Positions 11,201 to 20,687 of a stretch of DNA of 27,347 nucleotides are shown here, in pieces. Below the pieces are notes generated by a model. That model was not told the DNA's origin. It saw only the letters and a program-made list of their open reading frames with translations, and ran no database searches. This DNA is from Catajapyx aquilonaris (lineage: Eukaryota), in assembly GCA_000934665.2 (NCBI GenBank), contig JYFJ02001146.1, positions 62,001 to 89,347 of the forward strand, written 5' to 3'. Each line of letters opens with the position of its first letter. Position 1 is the first letter of the stretch. The position numbers were made by a program, and so were the translations under genes.

Positions 11201-11449
11201 ATGTACAGCTTGTAAAATAAACCGGCGGGACTCACCAAGGCCCATTTTGCGCCTGATCTTCTTGATCACCTTCATCCTATGGAGCCAGGGCAGTTGGTCC
11301 GAAGAGTTCTGCGCTTGTTGTTGATGTTGACGATGATGATGATTGTGAAATTGGGGAGGAAGTGGAGGCGGCAATGGCGGGGGAGGAGGAGGGAGAGGCG
11401 CCCTGGCGTCTGCTGCCCTACACGGGGTCACCACTGTCACTACCCCCAT
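2029..11449 (-). CDS. neur: Neuralized E3 ubiquitin ligase (NHR1-NHR2-RING), spliced CDS of the polybasic-N-terminus isoform, 678 aa: join(11449-11236, 9206-9034, 6697-6583, 6317-6102, 5091-4899, 4340-4015, 3266-3087, 2737-2343, 2253-2029)
   Basis: All junctions are GT-AG and phase-compatible (2037 nt = 679 codons). Motifs match Drosophila Neur as I recall it: NNLPP..FH.VHGDNIRISRDG..ARR.ESFC.AITFS.RP, PKYACPDLTNKPGYWAKAL, a second NHR (FTSRPIRLGE...LLDRPEYWVV) and a C-terminal C3HC4 RING. Confidence 0.96.
2343..2737 (-). CDS. neur: neur exon: low-complexity S/P/Q linker between NHR2 and RING
   Basis: Acceptor tttacag|CT (phase 1) and donor GAG|gtcagt (phase 0). Ends in GTLASTYSHTYVE. Confidence 0.88.
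3087..3266 (-). CDS. neur: neur exon: C-terminal part of NHR2
   Basis: tttacag|GT GAG GTG AAG to ATT G|gtgagt. Encodes EVKFSKNG...LWGFIDLYGTTQKIRILG. Confidence 0.94.
3426..3775. mobile_element. Degenerate MITE-like element in a neur intron
   Basis: Ungapped 73-bp inverted repeat 3426-3498 / 3682-3754 (55/73 matches by hand). The right flank reads TA-CAGGGTGTTGCAAA on the - strand, resembling a Tc1/mariner-type terminus. Confidence 0.6.
4015..4340 (-). CDS. neur: neur exon: NHR2 core
   Basis: gttacag|G ACG CGT GGC to AGT G|gtaag. Encodes TRGRNVRLSNDRSIAWRPDDEFCNGYVFTSRPIRLGE...LLDRPEYWVVTKD. Confidence 0.95.
4899..5091 (-). CDS. neur: neur exon: NHR1-NHR2 linker and start of NHR2
   Basis: ttccctag|AT CCA to CAC AG|gtagtt. 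Encodes DPRQQLNN...GPFPFHR, in phase with both neighbours. Confidence 0.9.
6102..6317 (-). CDS. neur: neur exon: C-terminal half of NHR1 (absent from the ORF track)
   Basis: ttcctag|AT CTG ACC to GTC G|gtgagt. Encodes DLTNKPGYWAKALAERFAERDAVLFYYVTPAGDVHFGINGEEKGIFFSGVDTRGPIWSLVDVYGNSTAIEFV. Confidence 0.95.
6583..6697 (-). CDS. neur: neur exon: NHR1 middle
   Basis: ctcacag|GTT to CCT G|gtgag. Encodes VCVKFVEVSNNWSGVIRFGFTSNDPNNLRNGLPKYACP. Confidence 0.95.
7175..7237. repeat. Imperfect (GA)n purine-rich microsatellite
   Basis: gagagacagagagagagagggtgggtgggtagagagagggagagagagggagagagagagag. Confidence 0.8.
7781..7794. promoter_or_regulatory. Perfect palindromic RFX X-box
   Basis: GTTGCCATGGCAAC, in the neur intron between exons 9034 and 6697. 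Confidence 0.55.
9034..9206 (-). CDS. neur: neur first shared exon: start of NHR1
   Basis: ctttttag|CA TCC AGA to GAA AAG|gtgagg. Encodes SRGSGGNGGTNNLPPVLFHQVHGDNIRISRDGAVARRAESFCKAITFSNRPIKINEK. Confidence 0.95.
11236..11449 (-). CDS. neur: neur proximal first coding exon (P/H/Q-rich plus polybasic KVIKKIRRK motif)
   Basis: ATG at 11449 (MGVVTVVT...) and phase-1 donor CTT G|gtgagt. MKVIKKIRRKMGL resembles the KKIKKRFGL phosphoinositide-binding motif of long Drosophila Neur. The start codon is uncertain because an in-frame ATG also lies at 11638. Confidence 0.85.
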
Positions 11450-12880
11450 CCAAAAGCCTTGTGTGGCTCTAACTCTCAACAAATTTGACCAGCTCCGGTA
11501 CCACACACCCGACTGTACCGCCCGCCTTCTCAACACTGAACTGGCTGATCCACACGGCAGCTGTTGCCAACCGGCCCACCAATCGTGGGGCACCGATGCG
11601 CTGTTGCCGCAACTCCACACACATACACCCTTGCACATATGCACACGCACATCGACCTCCGCTTGACTCGATTTGCACTTTTCGACAACCCACCCACCCC
11701 AACCCACCCCAGGTTTTTTGAGGGTTCAAAAAAACACCCACCAATTCAGGCCATATCGATTTCGAACTTTTTTTCACCATACACATTGGCGTTTTTTTGG
11801 AGGGTAGCACGCGAGCCCCCACGACCTCGATTCCGGCCTACGCGAGATACATTACTTGGGGTCGTGGGCTCAGGGCGACACTCCAATTAGCCTACGACTA
11901 ACGGCCATTAGATTGGATTTACAGGAGTTGCAGGGAAATTGGCCGCATGTTCGAGTTGGGCTGTTGGAAAAGTAGCGCTAACTATAGGCCCATTAACACG
12001 TTAGCCGTCAATTGGTAAATCGATCGTACCCAGAACAAAAGGTTCGGCCGGCCGGCAGATGCCGATCGGCAGGGGCGGTGACCAGGTGTAGAGCGCCGGC
12101 CGGGAGGTGAGGTCGCACCCGCCACCTGGTCACCTTCAAGGCCCGTCTCCAATGTGTCCATTGCCACATGTGTAATAATTTCTGGGTGTCAAGAAAACAG
12201 ACCCGCCGGCTATTCAAACTGGGTTAATTCCAGGGAGTGTAATTGGCGGCAGGAGAGACCTCACCCATGCAATTTCCGTTCATTTGCTGAGTACCTGCAC
12301 TAGCGAAAACAATCGGTTCTGCAAGCAGAACCTCCAAAAATAAAGCTCATCAGTCAAGCCTGGGAGGCGCCAAGTCCACAATATGTTAATAGCGCTCAAT
12401 TTTCATATTACGGCAATATTACGTCAAGCAGAGCGGCTGGCAATCAATATCTGTACTTAAAATAAATATTCGCCCGACAAGTAGGCCGGTATGATAAGTT
12501 ACATGACGTTCATGCGAGATACATAATTCGGGCAGTCAAATACGCAGAGGCAACAGGGTACCCATCCTGAAATAATTCGCAGCTGCAGGCAATTTTAATC
12601 CAAAATATCACTAGTGTGACACTAACAAAACAAGCAGCAAATCATTGAATTGACCCAGTTGTCGCAAGAAGCGCTAAATAAGCCACACTTGCACAGAATG
12701 AATGAGTATATAGCTGGGTGCCCCGGCCGTTCATAATAAGCGGAAACAGAAGAATCCATATAGCACCCATGTTGCCAGTTCGTGGCAGTGACACCCAAAG
12801 GTAAGCATAATCTTGTGAGCCTCGCTCCGGTTGCAACGTTTGAAGACCTTCCCTTGCCGCTTCCATGCGTCGTTATGGCC

Positions 12881-12919
12881 TGTGGGAACTTTTCCCTTTG
12901 TGGCGAGAACTTTCCCACG
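12881..12919. promoter_or_regulatory. Inverted pair of consensus Su(H)/CSL sites
   Basis: TGTGGGAA (12881-12888) and TTCCCACG (12912-12919) with a 23-nt spacer. Confidence 0.5.
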
Positions 12920-15900
12920 TGGACCAATCCACCCTCCCCAAAGGCCCTAAGCAAGAATCTCCCAGGATATAATCTATCGTTCCTAACCGCCTCGTATAGC
13001 ATCCCTTTTTTCCCCCCCACCTTCACATGTTTCTAAGAATAAGAGTGCATCATGCCATCACTGGCGGGAAAATATTTCCCATGATAAAGGCTCAATGGGT
13101 GCTCCCAATTGTCATTACATTAGAATTCAATATTTTCAATTCATTCTCACCACCCCCTGCAGCAAATGTCTCATTGCGACGGATGCGTCTAAGTGGTGTG
13201 TGAGTGAATGAAGAGGAAGTAGGGGTTGAAACGAAGGTGGTACTCTGAAGTGAGGCTGTGAAGCGAAGATCCCAAAAGTCCCTCGAAAAAGGAAGGGGCG
13301 AGGTTCCAATCTGCACGCAGTTTCCTTCCCAAACTCCCAACCTTACCCTCCTCCATTTCTTTTGTCCCCCACACTACTCACATCGCAATACATTTCTTTG
13401 ACTCATCATTTTCATTCATAAAGAAAAACCGGCCTCTACTCGAGGTCAAAAGTGGAATGTATCAAAAATCTACCGGTCCAAAAAAAAATTCAAATCCGAG
13501 AGTGCGGAACGAGAGCAGGAAGTGACGTTTTGCTTCCAAGAGGATGCTGATAGTAGTATATATATCTACCCCCAGGAAGTGGCAACACGTCAAGCAGAAT
13601 TCCCGACGACACCCTCTTTTGTCGGTTTACACTGGATTTTTTTTTCTTTCTTATTTCTATCTCTTCCCCTCCTTCCATTAACCTTCAAGATGTAACTGAA
13701 GCATTGCTCCCTAGTCCATGTACCGTGTATGTACAGTACCGGCGGAAGTAAATGCCTGCTCTGGAATTTTTGCAACCCTGCTTGAGAGGACCAGGTGTGT
13801 CGGTCCTGAGGCGGTCGTGTGCCTTTCATTGAGCTCAAAATTCTCCCTTCGCAGACCGCCTTCTGGCCCATCTGGACGTCTGGCTCGTGCCTTCTGTCCC
13901 ATTTCAAAACACCCCACCACCCTACCCGACCCCTCTTCACTCACCCACACTACAACAACGAAACCTACCCTTCTTTTTTTTTCTTTCTCTTTTTCTGTGT
14001 AGCAGACCCCCCGAGGGGAAGAATAGAAACCCTCCAGACCTGTTACACCTGAATGCACGTACCAGTAGTCCGGTCTACACGTACGTACAATTTAAGGAGT
14101 ATTGACCAAATAGTGTGGGGAAGGGAAATGATTCTCACGGGTGTTCAATGTCTCGAGGTGTTACCACATGAGCGTGAATGCACGGAATAAACGCGATGAA
14201 ATTAATGTAGGATATTGGGGGTTGGATATTTATTGTGCCACCAGTGGAGCTGGCACACACCTTCTGTCATTAGTACCGGTACTTTGTAAGTTACGAATTT
14301 TCCTTGACCAGTGCCTTTAAATGCTAATTCAACCATGAAATATTTCCCAGGTTTACATTAAAATGTGTGTTATTGGCACGATACCTCGGGGGCCAAATAC
14401 ATGCTCATCAATAAAACAGCGGTATAACCTCCATACTGCATTGATGAGTTATCAATCACGCACTACAAAATCAACATAACAGCATGTAGCCATTCACATT
14501 ATTGAAGACTTATTGATAATGATTCATGAGATAATTCGCTTGCGATAAGAAATTGAAAATTTTCAATGAAAACATTAATGATGATGATGATTAACACTCA
14601 GGAACTCAATTTCACGAATGCAAAGGTGCATGCCCCATGTCAATGCCAGGTGAGATATTGCCTCGATTGAACCATGATTGGACTCCATGCTCCAAGACAG
14701 CTTTGCATGCCTATCACTCTGCACTAGGCGGATGAAGCCCCATTTCCTAATGATTTTGCTAATGCGCTTCTCAACACGTACTCGTCAAGACCCCAGTAAT
14801 CACAACAAAACATTTACACAACCATCATAGATGCGACTTTTACAACACCCTATTTCTTCCGGAAATGTGTCACACTCAGCAAGACTTCTCCGTGTGTGTG
14901 GTTCTGGGCCATGTATGACTGTACAGGAAGGCTGCTCCTTCTCTCCTGCATTTCCTTAGGAAACGCTGGGCAGTCACCATGAGGCAGGTCATAGGTCCAG
15001 GCGAGATATCCTTAAATGCTGGGGATAAGTGGCCTGCTCGAAGCCAAGTGGAAGCAAAGTAGGCGTGAAACAGATATCCGTAAGTAGGTCGTAAGCATTG
15101 TATGCCACAACCCAAAGACATTAGCTTCCGCATGAGCTTAAAATTAGATCACCCAACGACGAAACCCTGGCCAGATGTGTTCTCCCTCCTCACAACTCTT
15201 AAAAATAAAAACGGCCCCACACCTCCAGCATTGCTCCAGACAAAGAATCCAGACTGTAATCCCCAGAATCCCAACTACTGAATGGCATTCCTTCATTTGC
15301 ATTTCTCTCAAGGACGGAGCCAAGGAAGACACTCATTTTTCACTTTCTCAAACGATGTCTTTTATTAGTACCCCAAAATTTTCACGTCTTCAGTTTTTAT
15401 AGCGGATTGTAATATTTCCAGACAATCTCTCCAGCCCCCTGTATATATAGCAGTGGAACGGCCGAAAAAGGGAAGCAAGTAATAAGAAAAGAGGAGGGGG
15501 TAAGAACCGGAAAAGTTCCTTTCCCTTCGCACGTGTCTTCCGGTTTTCATTTTAAGCATCTGCAGACCCTCGACAGACTGTTCAATTTCAAAGCACGCTT
15601 GTGACAAACGGTACAAAAAATCTGATGAGAAAAAAAAAGCAGCAGAATCATTCACTGCAGGGAGGAAATAACTTAAATCCGGTGTGTTCACATTTGCGTA
15701 AATCCTCCATAATTCCATATATATCCTGAATTACTTTTTCGATAAAATATTCCTATATATCACACAATGATATTTATGTCTAGCACCTCGGCAGTGAACA
15801 AAGCTCCACTGTTACAACAAAGATGGTGGGGACAAGAGGCGGCCAACTACTGACAACATTCTTGGCTGTATCATTCGATGTCAAATGTGGTGTAGATTGA

Positions 15901-16934
15901 CTGCATCTTTGTGAAGGCTTATCTGAAAGCAACTTTGCGGAACGTACGTCGAGAACACGGCAGGTGTAAATAGTTTAGAACTACATATTTTATTATGGGG
16001 GGGAGGGGGGGGGGGCACTGGCATTCCATAATCCTAGAAATAGTCCAAGGTTGCATGCGGTAGTCTTATTCGTTGTAGCTTGCAAGGTGTTGTTGGTGCC
16101 AATATCGGTGCCAGTGGTTGAGCTCTACCACTTTCTTGTCTATTAATATGATTCCTTTTCAAAAATAAGTCTTTGGATTACCGAATAAGTGGAACATATC
16201 CACACATGTCATTGACTCACTTCTTCAATGCCTTGTCAATATATTCACCATTCTTAGTGCGGCATTGTTACTGAACTAATAACGTCGATACGTCTTCGAT
16301 AAAAAATGCGTTAAAAGTCGTACAACTGCAACTGAGAATGAATAAATCACACTGCAAACAATCATATCACGAGGATATCAACAATCATTAACATTTCATA
16401 TTGACATAATCTTGACATTCATTTCACATCCGGAATTTGCCAAAAGGGCACACTCCCTGCAGGATGTCTGCACCAGGCTGTCAAGTTTTTTGCAAAACAC
16501 GATTTAATCCACGTAAATTCCAGCCTTGCACCTCGCGTTACCTTTGAAAAGTCAGCTCTCAAATCTTCTTATGCCCATCTTTTATCACCGCCATCAAAAC
16601 CACCAGTAGGCTAATTACATTTTCCCTCTGTACTTGAATCGTAGTGAAGGACATGTAAATAGCCACGGACAGGTCATATTGGCATTGCTGCAATTTAATG
16701 ATTGGCGAATTTACAGAGCCAATAAATGGCCATTTCACACCACATTATATACGCCTGCTGAACTTTCCAAGAAATAAAAGATATTGCCTGCTAACTGGCA
16801 CCTCCGATACCATGCAATTGTCGCTCCCCTAGTCATTAACCATTATAGCTACGTATCAATGAGGCATATGTGGTTATCAACACAACAGCTCCCCATCCGA
16901 TCACCTTGTCACCTCGAGTACTGCAAAAAATAAT

Positions 16935-17125
16935 CCAGGTGCACCCCTTCCACCTGGTGCATTATCAACCAGCTGACCACGAGCAGCTGTTTGGCAAAAA
17001 CCCCTCACACTTCCCCTATATTGTATATCCACCTTCCCCTTTCCACCACCAAAAAAACCTTACGTCACTTCCTCCCACCTGCCCCTCCAGACTCGCATAT
17101 CAAGCGTCCCGTGCATATGCAGCTG
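16935..17125. promoter_or_regulatory. E-box cluster, candidate proneural / neural-precursor enhancer
   Basis: CAGGTG 16936, CACCTG 16951, CAGCTG 16970, CAGCTG 16984, CACCTG 17076 and CAGCTG 17120, plus CACGAG 16978 and CATATG 17114. Confidence 0.55.
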
Positions 17126-17202
17126 ATGCAAAACAATGGGAATCGCATAGCAGGTTTCTTGGTCTCCGGAGGTCAACATGAATGTAAAACAATTTCACCT
17201 AC

Positions 17203-17236
17203 CTGCCAAAGGTAGCGCACTGTTCGCTTGTCCCAT
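17203..17236 (-). CDS. neur: neur distal alternative first coding exon MGQANSALPLA (N-myristoylation consensus), giving a 618-aa isoform
   Basis: gaaATGGGACAAGCGAACAGTGCGCTACCTTTGGCAG|gtaggt has a good Kozak context and a strong phase-1 donor matching the acceptor at 9206. A candidate acceptor tttcag upstream gives exon 17296-17203. Confidence 0.75.
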
Positions 17237-20200
17237 TTCCGATTCTGCTGGCCGTCTTTGCACTCCAATTTTCACCAGAAACTGCTCCAGGCGATCCTGA
17301 AATTTACAAAATACGTATATAATGCATGAGTTATTGCCAATCAGACAACACCGCAAATTTTTATCTCACCGCAACTTGGTATAGCATATAAAACACCTCG
17401 TGGTGTGAAGTATTGGTTCCCCTTGAGACACGTAAGTAACATGCATGCTTCATGGCTGGTGCAGATATTACGTAACCTACAATTAGCCTCCTTTCACGTT
17501 TACTGTAACGCATTATTTGCCAATTAGCCAATCCCACTGTGGCAATACAATCAACACTCGTGCCCTCTCAAACGATACCAATAGCCACATATGGTGTCCT
17601 ATAAGAAACATATTAAGGCTGAAGTTGCATTTTATCTCCACGTGATACACATGTGAACACTAGGATAACACTAATTTCTATAGCTTCTTCCTCTAGATTC
17701 AATAACCCGTCTCTTTTGAAGAGCAGAACACACTAGGGGCCAAAGTAATTTTGTTGTGTTGCAAAAACACGAGTCTTATTTACGAGAATCTAGGATAATT
17801 GCGACAAGTATACCCTTGAAGCACTGCAGCTGGATCTGCACAAGTACATCTAGTTGGTTGCCATAAGTATCATTAGGAGCATGTAACATATTACAGCTTA
17901 ATCCAGTCTGACTGCGGTATAGCTCCAGACCGTGGTTCTGCAATGGCCCTCTGCATATTATACTGGCAATCCATGTCGCCGAAACGTATTGGGCGCGAGT
18001 GTAAAATGGCGAGGGACACGAACTGTATTACCCGGAATGTTACTTAACCCTGGAAAGGTCAGTTTGATTTACGGATAGGAACCCCAAACTTTCGGAGCTT
18101 CGGTATACTGTAATTTATCAGGCGGAAAGCACCTCTCTGACGCTAATGTAACGCATTTCTGCTGCACCACTGCATAGTAGATAATTTATTCCTTAATTCG
18201 ACGCGCCAGTAACAATCTATGTTGGAGGTACAGTACGTGCACTGCAGTTGCATCGCATCATTAAAATAATGCAGCCCGATTGTTTAGAGTTATGCTGCAG
18301 TAATGGCTAATTTTCTCAGCTGGTTTTGTTTCTTTGGGTGTAATTATGTAACATGATTTGAAGTCAGCTTCCTGCTTCTTGCAATTCACATGAACAGTAG
18401 TGTTAAATGCTAATAGGCTCATAGAAGCTTACACACATCATTTGTTATCACATGAGGTCAACCAGTCTGACCTCGCTTAATGTCACTTAATAATAACTGA
18501 TCCTTTTGATTATCAAGATCACCAAATGCACTACATGAATAATACAAGCCCAAAACCATTGGAGACCACCCCCACACAAAAGGAGTCACACAATGACAAC
18601 AGAAATAATAGATGATGTTAATCTGGGTATGTCCCCAAGAGCGCCACAAGACACAAAACTCTTTATGAAACAGTAACTCTACTTTTAACAATACCAAATT
18701 CATAAATGAATGGTTCAGTGTATTCTGTGATTCTGATGAAAGTAATCCCTGGTACCATCCTGAAACAATGACAACTAACAAAAATCATACTTTGGAAGAA
18801 AGTTCGTCACTGGAATGCATGTGGCAGAGCTTAGATGAAGAAAGGCAGGGAAAAAACATGTAGAAAGAATGAAAGGTGTGTTAGCACGGGGGGAAGAAGA
18901 GACCTTTACCTTTCGTAGCATTTGGTATACAGATCTTCAGTCACTCATTCCATTTCCATTGGTGGGCATCAGTGGCAAGCTTGTTGGGAAGGAACTGTGT
19001 GAAACCATAGGCAAGTCCCACATTGGAAAATGTTCATGCGTCATAGACAGAAAAGTGAACCATGGCATATCAGCCAGGGACACACATGGACATCAATTTT
19101 ATGCTTCAAAAATGGGGAAGTCTACTTTGCCTATCTACCAGATTCAGTGGTATAGAAAAGGTATACGGAGTTTAGCTCATATTGTACAGTACTACATTAA
19201 AAAATCAGTTATTAAATCAACTTTTCGTGATTGCATGACATGATGTCATTGGCAGATCCAACACCAAATGTCTACTGAGAAAATAAAGAAAAATAGCTTA
19301 TCAGCTTGTGCTAGGAGATCAAGAGTGTGTGTGGGATGGGAGCAGCTTGTCAAGCAGTGAAAAATATCTATATGCACAATGACAGCCTGTCACTTATGCT
19401 GGATGAGTTGCTCTTGTAAGTGAAAGTAGTTGTAAATTGTGGTTTAAACAAACACATCGACAATCTCCAGCCTGTTCTTTTACTGACTGTGATGCAGTAC
19501 TATCCACTTCCAATCTCCACTTGCCCAACATGTGATTTTATAGTTAGCAATTAGAAAATCATTCCATCACAAAAGATTAATCTAAACTTTGCTGTAAGTT
19601 AGTAACATCCTACACTGTTTATACACTTATATTGTGATGTCCCTTCTTTTCACAATGTGACATGCCTCACTTGACTGGCATTGTTGATGAAAATTTCCTC
19701 TCTCAGTGTGACTTAAGGATACATAATTTCATGCAGTTCCTACCCATCATGCTGGTGGACACATCATCCGATGCAAATGCAAATCTACATTTACCATCAA
19801 GTTACAGTCATCAAATTCTTTTGATGCCATGCATGTATCATCACAGACTCTAAATTGCTACTCAATATATTGATAAACTAAGATAAACCTACAACATTAC
19901 ATTACAAAAATATGGAAGAATTCAGGAAAATGCTGGTTATACTATTAATATATTCAGAGAGATGAATTTAATTTAGAATTATATTATTACTCCTACACAC
20001 ACAATGTTTGAATGTAAATGGTGATTAAAAACCAATAATTAGACATTTCTGGATAACTGGCCCTGGTTATGAAGATACATGCAAATAAGTATACAAAACA
20101 CCAGTTATTTTTGAGTAAATGAAGCATCCCATTCATTTATTGGTTACTAGAGGGTGGTTGGGTAGGGTATGACTTCCATTGTGAAATTTTAAAACACAAT

Positions 20201-20654
20201 AGTTGTACAGTATTAAGCATAATAAAATCATGTGCCTTTGATATATGCAGTTCATCTCGAATCGACCAAAGAACATAGGCTACTTGATTCTCTAATTTTC
20301 TGTCCTGATCAAATCAGTGTCACAGATGCCATTATAGGTAACATGTGGTTTACAAAAACATAACAAATGATTATGAATATTTACTGGGGTAAATGTAGTG
20401 TTTGTATGTGGTGGTGAAGGGTGAACATGTTTACAACCCACTTAATGGATTTACTTCAGAGTTGCACTTACCACTTCATGGATCTGCTTTGAAGTGCAAT
20501 AAAATGCGATGCACTGCAGGAAGTAGGAAAAACAAGAATTGTAAGAATCAGAGAGTGCTTGTAAGTTTAGTACATAGTTCCCAAAATGTAGTGGTGACTG
20601 AGAGGTAGAGTGCAGATAATATGGAATAGTATGTAAGTATAAAGTATAAGGTCA

Positions 20655-20687
<33 letters not shown>
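20655..20687. repeat. (GAT)11 microsatellite
   Basis: 11 perfect GAT units. Confidence 0.95.

Noticed and set aside
11450..11707. N-terminal extension of the 224-aa ORF (in-frame ATG at 11638)
   Set aside because: No recognisable Neur similarity, and an Inr-like TCAGT near 11537 on the - strand may place the TSS downstream of it. Not excluded, but unsupported.
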